Positions 1 to 10,522 of a stretch of DNA of 64,000 nucleotides are shown piece by piece (position 1 is the first letter of the stretch; each line of letters opens with the position of its first letter). This DNA is from an uncultured Planctomycetota bacterium (GTDB lineage Bacteria > Planctomycetota > Planctomycetia > Isosphaerales > Isosphaeraceae). The DNA lies in contig CAWJTV010000039.1 in NCBI GenBank assembly GCA_963845755.1, forward strand, positions 192,001-256,000. Direction: 5' to 3'. A program made the translations under genes and the position numbers. The notes beneath the pieces were generated by a model. That model worked only from the letters and a program-made list of their open reading frames with translations, was not told where the DNA came from and searched no databases.

Positions 1-862
1 GGCTGACGTAGCGCTGGCCGTCGAGCCACAAGACGGCCGCCCAGTCGTGCCGGTTGGTCGAGTGCACCTCGCGCAAGGTCGTCGCAACGAGCTTGATGTT
101 GGGATGTTGCTCGACCACCAGGTCGATCAGGCCGAAGAACGCGTCGGGGTCGAGCTTCGACTTGGTGTGGACGTCCGGGCCGGTGATCCCGAGTCCCTTT
201 TGAAGGTCTTCCTCGTTCCCGATCAGGGCGTCGAGATTGCCGGCGATGGTCTTGATGACCTGTTGGCCCCGCTCGGCACCGCCGACGGACGCCCAGAGCT
301 TCGCCCGGTAGTTCAGGTCGAACGAGGTGATCGCGCCGGCGGCCTTGGCCGCCTGCATGCCCTCGATGATCAGCGGGGCGGTCGTCTGGGACAGCGATGC
401 GAAGATCCCGCCGGAGTGGAACCAGCGCACCCCGCGGCCGAAGAGCCCCGCCCAGTCGAAATCGCCCGGCTTGAGCAACGCACCGGCCTCGTTCGACCGG
501 TTGTAGAAGACCACCGGAGGACGCACTCCCGCGCCCCGGTCGCTATAGACCGTCGCCATGTTCGGCCCGCGCACCCCATCGTGTTCAAACCACTTGTAGT
601 GCGGGATGACGCCGGTCTCGCGCACTCGTCCCTGGATCAACTCGCCGATCGGGTACTTGACCATCGCCGTCGCGATGCCGGTCCGCAGGCCGAAGCAATC
701 CGACAGATTCGCCGCGACGTTGTACTCACCGCCGGAGACGTGGATCTCCATCGATCGCGCCTTGCGGAACGGGATGATCCCCGGATCCAGCCGATGGACC
801 AAGGCTCCGAGGGACAAAAAATCCAGGTCGCACAAATCCTTGCGAATCGCTAAGCCGCTCAT
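1..862 (-). CDS. PfkB-family sugar kinase (KdgK-like), 3' end beyond window edge
   Basis: Manual minus-strand translation from ATG 862: MSGLAIRKDLCDLDFLSLGALVHRLDPG...SGGEYNVAANL...WFHSGGIF...SFDLNYRAKLW; GGxxNVA and DLNYR are PfkB motifs. The + strand ORF 47..853 is its shadow. Confidence 0.88.
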   Translation of the reverse strand, partial: MSGLAIRKDLCDLDFLSLGALVHRLDPGIIPFRKARSMEIHVSGGEYNVAANLSDCFGLRTGIATAMVKYPIGELIQGRVRETGVIPHYKWFEHDGVRGPNMATVYSDRGAGVRPPVVFYNRSNEAGALLKPGDFDWAGLFGRGVRWFHSGGIFASLSQTTAPLIIEGMQAAKAAGAITSFDLNYRAKLWASVGGAERGQQVIKTIAGNLDALIGNEEDLQKGLGITGPDVHTKSKLDPDAFFGLIDLVVEQHPNIKLVATTLREVHSTNRHDWAAVLWLDGQRYVS

Positions 863-1104
863 GGTGATCGCTTCGCTCCAGTGTTCCATGTCCCAAGCCG
901 ACTGCTTGACGCCAATCTTTCAGGGGCAGATGCCATGTTGATAATGGCCAGTGCTACGTGTCCCAAGCCGACTGTTTGACGCGGCTCGGCCGCAACTCGT
1001 GAGAGAGTACCCGTTCACGAGTCGAGGGTTACAAGCGTACAGAATGGTGCCGAGCCGCGAGCATACTTCGAAGGTGTGTCGGTCGATCCGACTTACGCGC
1101 GTCT

Positions 1105-1202
1105 CCAGAACGACTGCGTTCACCTGGCGGGGCCTCCTGCAAAGACGATGCGCCGCGCAAAACCTGGATGGCGGCCCCGTCAGGTGCAACGCTTGGTTAG
1201 AC
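1105..1202 (-). mobile_element. Integron attC site (98 bp)
   Basis: Minus strand GTCTAAC-CAAGC-GTTGCACCTG...CAGGTGAAC-GCAGTC-GTTCTGG: R''/L''/L'/R' boxes with an extrahelical G in L''; lies just after the dynamin stop codon (1218). Confidence 0.85.
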
Positions 1203-1217
1203 CCCATTACCGCCCCT

Positions 1218-3469
1218 TTACGCCGGCACCTCCGCAAGAACCGAAGTCATCTCGTTACCGAGTTGCTCGATCTGCTCGATGGTGTCTCTGAAGCGGCGCG
1301 ATCGATCTTCAATACCCTTCTTCCGCGTGCTGAATTCGCCCTCGACCCCCTGCGTCATGATAACCTCAAGCGCAGGTCGGTATTTACTATGCAAGACCTC
1401 CAAGAGTCGGCTCTCAATCTGCTGCATGTTGTTGATGATGATCGGGAAGATCTCGTGGGTAATCCCCTCGTGATACTGGCGAACCTTATCGATGTAGTGT
1501 TGGGTCAAGGTTGAGCGAATGGCCTTCGTCTTGCCGTCGAGATCACCTGGATTGATGGCCTGGCTGGCGTTTCGGAGGTTTTCAAATCCCATGCGGGCCG
1601 CGGCCTCCAATCCGTCCAAGATCTCATTTCCGCCGCGGCCGAAGAAGGATTTGGGTTTGTAGAGGAGCGACGCGTCGAGTTCAGCGGCCTTGGTCATCAC
1701 AACGCCGTCAATGCGGTCGGCGAAGGAGCTGCTCTCGTCGTTAATTACCTCCTCGAAGGGAGCGAGAACCTGGGAGTTGTAATTCACGTCCTCACGGATC
1801 GGTTGCAGGGCGTTATGGACCCGCTTGACCAAATCGGCGAAAACCTCATCGACCTGATTTCGGACGATGAGGCGGAAATTCCTTTTCAGCATCGTGTTGA
1901 GGTTGTCCACGATGCGCATTTCGATTTCGAAGTGGTAGGGATATTTGCGCAATTCACGCCCGGCGATGATTTCCTTGTAAATCTCGTAGGCGTCTGTTTC
2001 GGGGCCACTTTCGATCTTCGAGCGGAGCTTATCTACGAGTTCCTTAGTCTGTTGCCGCAAGAGTTCGCTGCGCTTGACCGCAACTTCATTGCGAAGCTCA
2101 CGTAGCTGCTTAACAAGTTCTATCTTCCGGTCCTCGCATCGCTCGTCAACCCGTTGGCGCGAAACTTCTCTCTCCTGACGCCTGAGGTCGCCATTCAGCA
2201 GTGTATCGTCGGCCTCTTTGGCCCGACGAAGGTGGTGGGGCAAGGGATCGCAGAAGTTGGACCGCGCATTCTCATAAGCCGAGCGCAACGTGGTCCTGCG
2301 CAACCGCTCGTTCAGGAAGCACAGAACCTGCTCTTGAAGCATCGGGACTTGGCTTTCGCAAAGCGCGGTCTGATGGCTGCCGCCGTAGCGGGTACCTAGT
2401 GCGTCCTCGTAGTCCTTTACGTGCCGCTGCAGTGCAAGGTCTCGCGGCGATTCGCCGCCAGACGCCAGATGGGCCAACAGGCCGTGGAGCGCGTTCGTGC
2501 GGAACGACTGGAAGCCATTGGGGATGGCGAATCCTCGCATCTTGCTCTCGAAGTCCGTCACCGTCTGGCGCTGCTGCTCAGCTGAGAGCGAGTCCCACCG
2601 ATTGAGTACCCAGAACGTCTTTTCCGCGATGCGGCTCTCCCCGGAGCGCACGAGTTCGACAATTTCAATTTCATCCTTATCGAAGAGGCGAGTCGCCATC
2701 AGGACGAATACGAGCGGCGTGTGCTTCCTCTTTGACGAACCGAAACGTGATGTCTCGGTGGCGTGGATTCGGGACGCTGATGCCGGGCAGGTCAACGAGG
2801 ACAACGTCTTCGGGTAGTTGCGACTTCTGGATTTTGAGAACGACTCGATCGAGGAACATCGCTTCGGTTTCGTCACGAATCTTGTCCTGAGCCTCGGAAA
2901 TACTGGTCGTGGCGACGCGGCCGCGTAGATCGACTTGCGCGCGACCGCCGTTGCTCCTGATAAGCCTGGAACTGGTCTACAAGCCGGCGGCCACGGCCTT
3001 CGGAAGCGAGCGGCCTAACCTTTTCCAACAGCGATGAGTAGGGCTCGGTGGCCAGTTCAGGCACTTGGAACAGCGACGCGATTTCGGCCCGGTAAAGATC
3101 GCCAAGTTTTTCGACCTCGGCCTCGTTCAGATAGTGGAGTTCGGCGCTCTCCGCTTCCGAGGCCGTGCGGACGAACGTCGGGACAGCGGTTGTTACCTTC
3201 GTTGACTCGGGCAGCAAGTATCGGCCAAGGAAGGCATTGACCAGTGACGACTTCCCGGCGCTGAACCCACCCACGAAGGCGATGGTGAGATCGGGGTTCC
3301 GTAGCCGGACACTCTCCCGATCCAAGAGCAGCATCTTCTGCCGCACATCCACGGGCAGACCGTTGATGAACAGCGGGTCGCGGGACGCCAGGTCGTCGCG
3401 TATCTCGCGCAGCCGGTCCATCCTCATTAGGAGTTGCTGACGGCGTTCCTGATACGTGGCTGGCTTCAT
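1218..3469 (-). CDS. Bacterial dynamin-like GTPase (split over three frames)
   Basis: G1 IAFVGGFSAGKSSLVN and G2 TTAVPT (ORF 2873..3469), G3 LVDLPG (ORF 2677..2859), G4-like VLNRWD plus long helical C-terminus (ORF 1218..2876). Confidence 0.85.
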
Positions 3470-3518
3470 CGCGATTGTGCTCCCGCGGTTGCGAGTCTTT
3501 CCGTCGGCGGCTCTTGGG

Positions 3519-3617
3519 TGCTAACGACTGCGTTCACTTGCCGCGGCCGGCTTCAATGACAGGGTGTCGCGCGAAACCAAGACACGGGCTGCGGTCAGGT
3601 GCAACGCTTGGTTCGAC
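3519..3617 (-). mobile_element. Integron attC site (99 bp)
   Basis: Minus strand GTCGAAC-CAAGC-GTTGCACCTG...CAAGTGAAC-GCAGTC-GTTAGCA; both ends nearly identical to the 1105-1202 site, central part variable. Confidence 0.85.
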
Positions 3618-3642
3618 CTTGCACTGCCCCCCGGACACGAGA

Positions 3643-3765
3643 TTACTTCGGAGGCGGCCCGCTGGGAGGCGGAGGCCTGTCCTTATTCCCATCCTTGCAG
3701 CCGCTGGCTGCGGTCGCCAGTACCAAGCAGCAGGCCACGACGATAAAGGCGAGAACATTCTTCAC
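3643..3765 (-). CDS. Small putative lipoprotein (40 aa, Pro-rich tail)
   Basis: GTG start preceded by GAGAGG; VKNVLAFIVVACCLVLATAASG-CKDGNKDRPPPPSGPPPK has a signal peptide and lipobox-like ASGC; stop is about 25 bp before attC. Confidence 0.55.
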   Translation of the reverse strand: MKNVLAFIVVACCLVLATAASGCKDGNKDRPPPPSGPPPK

Positions 3766-3791
3766 AGGTTGAGCCTCTCTCAAGAAACTCG

Positions 3792-4981
3792 TCAGTTGCA
3801 TACCGGTTGAGGGCTTCCCTTGAGCCATCCGCTGACCCGCTCACGCACATTTCTGTCGAGAGACCCATACCACGCTTGTGCGGTAAACTCTCCTATATAT
3901 GATCCCGCAAAATACCCAGAGGCCCCGCCAATCGCACCACCAACGATGCCACCAGCCGGCACAGTAGCCCACGCCCAAGGTCCACCGAATGTGCCCAGCC
4001 ACGCGCCGAACGCTGCCCCCGCCCATGCACCAGCAATCCCCGCACCGCTACGGGCGAGCGCGATGACGAACTCTTGTTGAGAGACCTTTCCAAGCCGGTA
4101 GTCGCGGACATGACCGTAGACTTCGTAGGCGTCCATCGCGACGGCCACTACAACGGCGACTCGACCGGCTGCGCGGACCAAACCTCGGCGTGTGCCACGC
4201 AACGCTTGCTTTTCTTCCAGCAATACGAGTTGCGTGCAGCTGAGCCGATCAAACGCCCGCGTTGGCGAACTAGCACTCAACCAGCTTCCCATCCTCGCTT
4301 GACGGAGCTGGTCGAGCTGCGACAGGTGGCGCATCGCCCAAGTTTGGGACGCCGGCTGTGTTGCGCGGTTGGAAACTCGATTGAACAGGCGCTCAATTGA
4401 CATGGGACCGGCACGCTCGGCCATGCTGACTGGGTCTCGGATCGTGTACTTGCCAGTGCGGAGGTTGACATCGTGGACCTCTCCCAGCCGCTCCAGGGGA
4501 ATGCCTTCTGCTTTGCGGAAGCGGAAAATTTCCCCTGCCAACTTCCGTCCTTGCTCACCGCTCGCGCAAGCGCGCCGCGTAATCGGTCGGCGAGCCATTC
4601 GCGCGACATCTGGGTGCCGACGCGAGTCTGACCAAGGTGCGGCTTACTGCTGCCATAGTGGGTTTTCACTTCGATCAGACGAAGGTCGGCGACAGACCCG
4701 GCGGCGGATCGCTTTACGGCCACAAGGTCGATCCCCTGGTTTCCGGGCAGCTTCATGTCGATGACTTCGTAGCCGCGCAGCCGCAGGGAGCCGCCGGCGA
4801 GGCTTTCGCCGAAACGTCCCACTCCCTGCCGCCAAACTCCGGCGGTGCGTACGGGGTGAGCCGCGACGAGAGGATGATCCACCGGGCTGGTGACAGGGGC
4901 CACGATGCCTTGGGCTTTGACCGGCGCGCCGTGGACTATCACCAACAAGCCAGCCGCGATCCAGGCCACATATCTGGTCAT
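3792..4981 (-). CDS. Signal peptide + PD-(D/E)xK nuclease (PoNe-like) + C-terminal glycine-zipper protein (one frameshift)
   Basis: N-terminal hydrophobic leader ending VKA; motif GRFGE...NQGIDLVAV...LIEVKT...GTQMSREWL; C-terminal GAGIAGAWAGAAFG...GGIVGGAIGG in ORF 3792..4598. Confidence 0.7.
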
Positions 4982-6094
4982 GGTTGATACTCCCGGAGGA
5001 TGCGGAGCTTGGTCGCTTCCACTTTATCATCCTTCGAGCAGTCCTCGAACAACATCTTCCAGACCTCGGTGAAGCGTTGCCCGACGTACGGAGCGAGCCG
5101 GGTTTCGTCGACGACGGCAAGACTTCTCAACTTGTCGAGGGCGCTTCCTCCGCTTTTTTCAACCTTGTCCACGCGGTCAAGCCCCAGCGGTTGTAGTTCC
5201 ATTCCCGCAGCTGCGCCAGCCGGTTCAGGTGCCTGTCTGCGCCGCCATCCTCATTATCCTTGATCGCGGCTTCGACACCGCCCTCCAAGTACGGTGTCAT
5301 ATCGCGGCTGATTCGTTGCCCCTCGACGACAAGCGCGAGGATTTCCTCGTTGACCTTGTGGATTTCGTCAAGAGCGACGTTGGCCCGTTTCTTGTTGAAC
5401 TCGTGGACTTTCCAGGCCCAAGCCAGGATTCTCGGCCTGCAATCCTCCTGGTACAGTGCAATCAGCACGTCCTTCTGGACCTCCTCGTAGCGATCTTTCA
5501 CGGCCTTCCAGCGGTTCCAGAAGTTCTCCTCGTCCTTGGGCTTCATCGCTGTTGAAGCGGCGCGCCGTGCCTGGCTGCCGAGTTCTGCTTCGACCTCGTG
5601 CAATAGGCGGGCTCTTGCGAAGTTGGGCAGCTTCGCCCGACGTGCCGCGGTCAGCAGGTTTTCTGCCTCCGCGAGCGGGTCTTCCGGGTTTGTCACTTTC
5701 TTGCCGGCAAAGAGTTCGTCTCCTACTTGGGTGTGGGCTGCACGCGCTCCTTGAGCCGTGCGAGGGGAAGGAAGGGGATCAAGTTGGCAGCGCGCTGATG
5801 AATGTCCTGAGCGAGCGGCAGGGCTTCATCGTTCGCATCCTTGCCTGCTTTCCGAACGAATTCCAGGCTCGTGTCGAAGACCTTCTCATCGCCGGGGCCA
5901 ACCCGCATGGCCGCCAGTAAGGCATCGTACGCATTCTGCATGTCGGCGGCGTCAATGTGCGACTTCGCAACAGCCAACTCCGCGGAAGCATCCTTCGGGG
6001 CGTGTGGGTGTAGCAAGGCTGCGACGCCGATGCTGGTCGGCGCACAGACCACGCTGGTGAGGATCAGCGACCATAGCGGGACTGGGCGTTTCAT
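4978..6094 (-). CDS. Hypothetical N-terminally anchored alpha-helical protein (two frameshifts)
   Basis: ORFs 5723..6094, 5127..5696 and 4978..5202 join end to end; hydrophobic N-terminus; stop overlaps the next start (ATGA, 4978-4981). Confidence 0.6.
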
Positions 6095-6269
6095 GAAGCT
6101 TACTTTGTGGGCGACCTTGTGATTCTCTCACGAAAACGCATTTATGGCTCGTCGGGGAATCGTGTGGGTGATTCTTGCGGCCTTCTCCCAAATGCCCGCC
6201 GTGTAGGCGGATGGCTATGCTCGCTCGCCAGCCGGCGGAGCCATTCGCAGCCGCGGGCAGCGGTCTCCT

Positions 6270-6520
6270 AGAGAACGAACTCGTTACTGTTGTTCGAACC
6301 TCGCAAGCAGCAACAACGGACTTTCGTTCCCCCGGGGCGGCGCAGTTCGCGGCAAGTTTGCGACGGGGTCAAGCGTGCGAATCTCCCTGAAAAACAGGGC
6401 TTTTCGAGCCTGCCCGAGCCCTACGTTACCCACACGATTCCGCGAAGAACCGCATTTATAATAATGGGCCAAAGTTTGCAGGTCAATCAGCGAACTTCCC
6501 AATGACTCAGTCGGTTAGGG
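6270..6520 (-). promoter_or_regulatory. Candidate attI-like site (or long attC) with Pc-like sigma70 promoter
   Basis: Minus strand CAGTAAC-GAGTTC-GTTCTCT at 6270-6289; TTGACC(6486-6481)-17 bp-TATTAT(6463-6458) points into the cassettes; a CCCTAAC box at 6514-6520. Confidence 0.45.
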
Positions 6521-6887
6521 CGATTTCAGCGCGCGTACTGCATAAACATTAGTTGTGCAGCCCGCAGCTCGACCGCTCAACCTTGTGACAGGAGTTTGAA
6601 CAACCTCATCAGGCTTGGCCTTGGAGCGGTCTTGCACGCTTCGGTCCGACGACACCGAAGCGCCTTCCGAGTTTGCCTCTGGCCCTCTGGCGGATGTATC
6701 GGCTTCCATGCGGCCGTACCTTTTCGCTGCTGAACGACTGCCTCCATCGATCCGTGAACGCGCATGTGAGGAATTCAATATTTAAAAATTCAAAAATATT
6801 TTTATATTTAATTCAAAATCTTGTTTTGAATCTCGTATCGAGAATCCCCCATACCTGCGGTGTTCAGGGGCTCTGCGCGGGAAGACT

Positions 6888-8014
6888 CTACGTTGAGGCG
6901 ACGTCAACAAAGACCTTAAGCGCCTTGTTCTCCTCGAGGAGATGCATCATCTCGTTGTACTGATCCAGGCCGTCGAACGGGATGCGTGAGGATCCGCTCG
7001 GTGACGGCCGGATAGGTCGAGCTCGCCGTGCGACAGGGCCTGGATGCCCAGCTCGAAGTGCCGGCGGTTGCCGTTGACGCTCGAGACCAGCAGCTTGTTG
7101 CCGAGGACCCATTCGATGTTGATCTTGGCGGCGTCAAGGGTCATCTCGTGCTTGCCGCCGGTGATGCTCGTCCAGATCAGGGCCCCGTTGTGCGCGAGGA
7201 CTTCCATCGAGCGGAAACAGACCTCGGCGTTGCCGGTCGCCTCGAAGATGAGGTCGGGCTTGCCGACCTGCTTCGCCAGCTCCGGGAGGGAGGTTTGCTT
7301 GGTGCTGATGTATTTGGCACCATACGCCTCGACGATCTCGGACTTGCGATGCGGCCCGGGTTTGGTGGCCAGGGTGAAGACTTCCATCCCGCGGAGCTTG
7401 AGCATCATCGTGGCGAGCAGGCCGATCTGTCCGGCCCCCATGACGAACGCGCGCCGGGGGTTCCAGACCTGGAGCCGCTGCTGGGCCAGGAATGCCTGCT
7501 CGATCGCCTTGGCGCAGACGCTCGCCGGCTCGGCCAGGACGCCGAGATGCTTGAGGTTCTGCGGGACCTTGACGATGTACTCGGCGTCGTCCACGAACGA
7601 CTCGGTCAGGTAACCGTGGCAGAGGTTGATCCCGCGCTCGTAGTAGACTTCCTCGCTGGTGATGTCATTCCGCCCGATCAGGTCGTAGATCGACCCGCCC
7701 GGCCGCCGGACCGTGCAGGAGACATAGTCGCCGGGCTTGACCTCGGTCACCTTGTCCCCGACCTCGACGACCTGGCCGAAGCTCTCATGCCCGATGACGA
7801 GGTGCTCGCCACCGGGTGGGGCATTGCCATAGAGCGCCTCGTTGATCTCGCGGTCGGTGGCATCCACGCCGATCTGGAGCACCTTCACCAGCACGGCCCG
7901 TCCCTCGGGGATGCGGCAGACGTGCGGATGGGGCTGATCGGTCAGCTTCGGTGCCGGGATCTCGCGGAGATGGACGCTGTTCGGCTTGCCCGGCAGGACG
8001 GCAACGGCTTTCAT
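6888..8014 (-). CDS. Zinc-dependent (MDR) glucose 1-dehydrogenase-like protein, frameshifts near the C-terminus
   Basis: [32 protein letters not shown] motifs; C-terminus ...[11 protein letters not shown] in another frame ends at 6888. Confidence 0.88.
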
Positions 8015-8098
8015 GGGAATCGTCGCGGCCGGGACCCGCGCCCGTCAGCGCGGGAGGAGCCGCGTCCTCGCATGGGGAAAAAGGAGCACCCCGTGACC

Positions 8099-9250
8099 TC
8101 ACGGGGCGGAGAACTTGTAGATCGTCGTCTGGGTGTAGGTCGATCCGGGCCTCAGGACGATCGGGGCGAAACTGGGGTGGTTGATCGCGTCGGGAAAGTG
8201 CTGGGCTTCCAGGCAGAACGCCTGATGCTTCCGGTACACGGCGCCGCCTTTGCCCTTGAAGTCGTTCAGGAAGTTGCTGGTGTAGAGCTGCACGCCAGGC
8301 TCGGTGGTGAACATCTCCAGGGTCCGGCCGCTCTTCGGGTCGCGGACCCTTGCGGCGAAGGCCGGCGACTTCGTGTCCGGGCGGATCACGTAGTTGTCGT
8401 CGTATCCCACGGGGTTCGCCTTGATCTGGTCGAACCGCGCGCCGATGGCCATCGGGGTCGTGAAGTCCAGGGGCGTCCCCTTCACGGACCTCAGCTCACC
8501 GGTCGGGATGAGGGTCTCGTCCGAGGGCGTGTACTGGTCGGCCGCCATCATCAGTTCGTGATCGAGGATCGTCCCGGAATCATGACCGGCCAGGTTGAAG
8601 TAGCTGTGATTCGTGAGGTTGACCGCCGTCGGCTTGTCGGTCGTGGCCGAGTATTCGATCTTGATCGCGTCGTCGGGGGTCAGGGTGTAGGTCACGGTGG
8701 TAGACAGGTTCCCCGGAAACCCTTCTTCCCCATCCGGGCTGAGGTACGTCATTTTGACGGCCGGTCCGCCGGGCCCCGAGACCTCCTCGCCCTTCCAGAC
8801 CTTCTTATCGAACCCCTTCAAGCCCCCGTGCAAGGTATTCGGCCCATTGTTCAGAGCCAACTTGTACTCCTGGCCATCGATGGTGAACCGCCCCTTGGCG
8901 ATCCGGTTGGCGACCCGGCCGGTAATCGCGCCGAAGTGTGGGTGAGCAGCGAGGTACGCCTCAAGCGAATTGCAGCCCAGCACCACATCGGCCGTCTTCC
9001 CCTGACGATCCGGCACGTGCAGCTCCGTGATGATCCCGCCATAGGTCATCACCTTCATCGTGATCCGGCCGTTGGTCAAGACGTACAACTCGACCGGTGT
9101 CCCGTCCGGCGTTTTCCCGAATTCCATCCGCTCCACGCTCCTTCCACTCTTGGGCTCCGTGCTGACTCGCCCGTCGGCCGCCTTCGCGATCGCCCACGGC
9201 ATCCCCAGTATGGCCGTGGCCAGCCCGATCCACTTGGTGTACTTCCGCAT
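8099..9250 (-). CDS. galM: Aldose 1-epimerase with signal peptide
   Basis: GRVANRIA, LHGG, NLTNHSYFNL, YDDNY, QLYTSN, FCLEAQ motifs. Confidence 0.93.
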   Translation of the reverse strand: MRKYTKWIGLATAILGMPWAIAKAADGRVSTEPKSGRSVERMEFGKTPDGTPVELYVLTNGRITMKVMTYGGIITELHVPDRQGKTADVVLGCNSLEAYLAAHPHFGAITGRVANRIAKGRFTIDGQEYKLALNNGPNTLHGGLKGFDKKVWKGEEVSGPGGPAVKMTYLSPDGEEGFPGNLSTTVTYTLTPDDAIKIEYSATTDKPTAVNLTNHSYFNLAGHDSGTILDHELMMAADQYTPSDETLIPTGELRSVKGTPLDFTTPMAIGARFDQIKANPVGYDDNYVIRPDTKSPAFAARVRDPKSGRTLEMFTTEPGVQLYTSNFLNDFKGKGGAVYRKHQAFCLEAQHFPDAINHPSFAPIVLRPGSTYTQTTIYKFSAP

Positions 9251-9515
9251 CGGTAAATTCCCCCTTTGGACCATCACTGAAGATACCCCAGTCTTCGGGG
9301 ATAGCCAGTAGGCTCTGGGGAAAAGTGGTGGTTAGCCACAATGTCGTTGAATTAACCGTAAACTATGCCGAGGACACAGTGTCGATGTCTTCGCGCTTTG
9401 ACTGGGCAGGCGTCCAATCGGTTAGGCACGGAAGCGACCGTGTGCCGGGTCACGGGCTTTGACCCTGATGCTAAAGTTCTCCATAGCCTGTTCCTCACAG
9501 ATGCCTGCGGCGGCA

Positions 9516-9541
9516 GTAAATCAAACGACCGTTTGCTTTAC
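9516..9541. repeat. Type-A 26-bp quasi-palindromic site, copy 1
   Basis: GTAAATCAAAC-GACC-GTTTGCTTTAC; related copies at 10095 and 12553. Confidence 0.75.
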
Positions 9542-9555
9542 AAATTGGCGAAATC

Positions 9556-9963
9556 TTATTGGATAGCTCGTGCTCCCCTGGCTGGCGTCCGGATCGCGGG
9601 AGGGGGAGGCGGTGCCGGTCTGCGTGGAGCCGGTGGACCGGGACCAGCCCATGTGCTGACGATTTCATGATGTATGGATAATGAATCACGTTGCGGATCA
9701 GTGCAACGACATTTCCAAGTGCCGGGCCATGGCTGACCGAGGAGGGTTCGCCAATATCGAGGCCAGAACGGCGATTGACAGAATGTGCCGATGCTCGGTG
9801 GATAGCTTTCCCCCGGCGGAGCTTTGAGGGCCCAAGAGTGGTGAAGCCACGAGTGTTGCGGATCGTGTTCGATGCGATATGCCGTGACCGCCATCCATAT
9901 CATGACGGCCGCACCGGGCACCACGAGCATCCACCGCCGAATCGTCATCCTTGGGATTCGCAA
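9556..9963 (-). CDS. Hypothetical membrane-anchored protein
   Basis: TTG start after GGAG; MRIPRMTIRRWMLVV leader followed by a hydrophobic helix; frame of the C-terminus uncertain. Confidence 0.6.
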   Translation of the reverse strand: MRIPRMTIRRWMLVVPGAAVMIWMAVTAYRIEHDPQHSWLHHSWALKAPPGESYPPSIGTFCQSPFWPRYWRTLLGQPWPGTWKCRCTDPQRDSLSIHHEIVSTWAGPGPPAPRRPAPPPPPAIRTPARGARAIQ

Positions 9964-10094
9964 GTTGTCAGCACTCCGTCTGATTTCTTCTGTCCGATGA
10001 TCCCGGCAACCGAGGCCGACAGACCTATGGATGCTACCGACGACTGAGGGTGGCGTCTATCTGAGGGCGATGGCAAGCAAGCCTTGATTCTTGA

Positions 10095-10120
10095 GCAAAC
10101 CAAACGTTCGTTTCCTTTGC
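10095..10120. repeat. Type-A site, copy 2
   Basis: GCAAACCAAAC-GTTC-GTTTCCTTTGC, 20/26 identical to copy 1, with a compensatory change in the outer arms. Confidence 0.6.
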
Positions 10121-10435
10121 GCACATTAGTACAGTAAAATAACCCGTCCGCAAAGGGGGTAACTTTACTCGCTGCTCGCTGTCAATTGGGGTGTCGATGT
10201 TCAGTAGCGGCTATGCCTTACCGATCCGGTCAGTTGGCAGCGAATGGACGTCTCGGGCCTGGTGCGGCATTTGTCGTGGCGCGGTATCATGTGCGGATGA
10301 GGATCACCCGGACTCTGAACGCCTGACGATCGTCGGAGGGATGGCTTACAATTGTCCGATGTGTAAAGGGTGAATATCCCTTTCGTATCAACGAAATCCG
10401 AGGCGTCGTTTCGGAACTTACGTCGAATCCCTAGT

Positions 10436-10466
10436 GTAAAGCCTCATTTAGAACTCAGACTTTCCA
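10436..10466. repeat. Type-B 31-bp site, copy 1 (diverged)
   Basis: GTAAAGCCTCA-TTTAGAAC-TCAGACTTTCC-A, 21/31 identical to copy 3. Confidence 0.55.
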
Positions 10467-10522
10467 ACTTCACGACCGGCCTGTCGCCTGGGCTCATTGA
10501 TTCAGACGAGCGAGGTGCTTGC

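Noticed and set aside
6515..6778. 87-aa ORF ending in the CCCTAAC box as a third cassette gene
   Set aside because: The stop position is cassette-like, but the protein has no recognisable features or RBS, so it is not supported.
7028..9256. Long antisense ORFs (also 21507-23399, 32704-34974, 46680-48893, 51057-52568, 52490-53980)
   Set aside because: Shadows of well-supported genes on the opposite strand, expected in high-GC DNA; no motifs.
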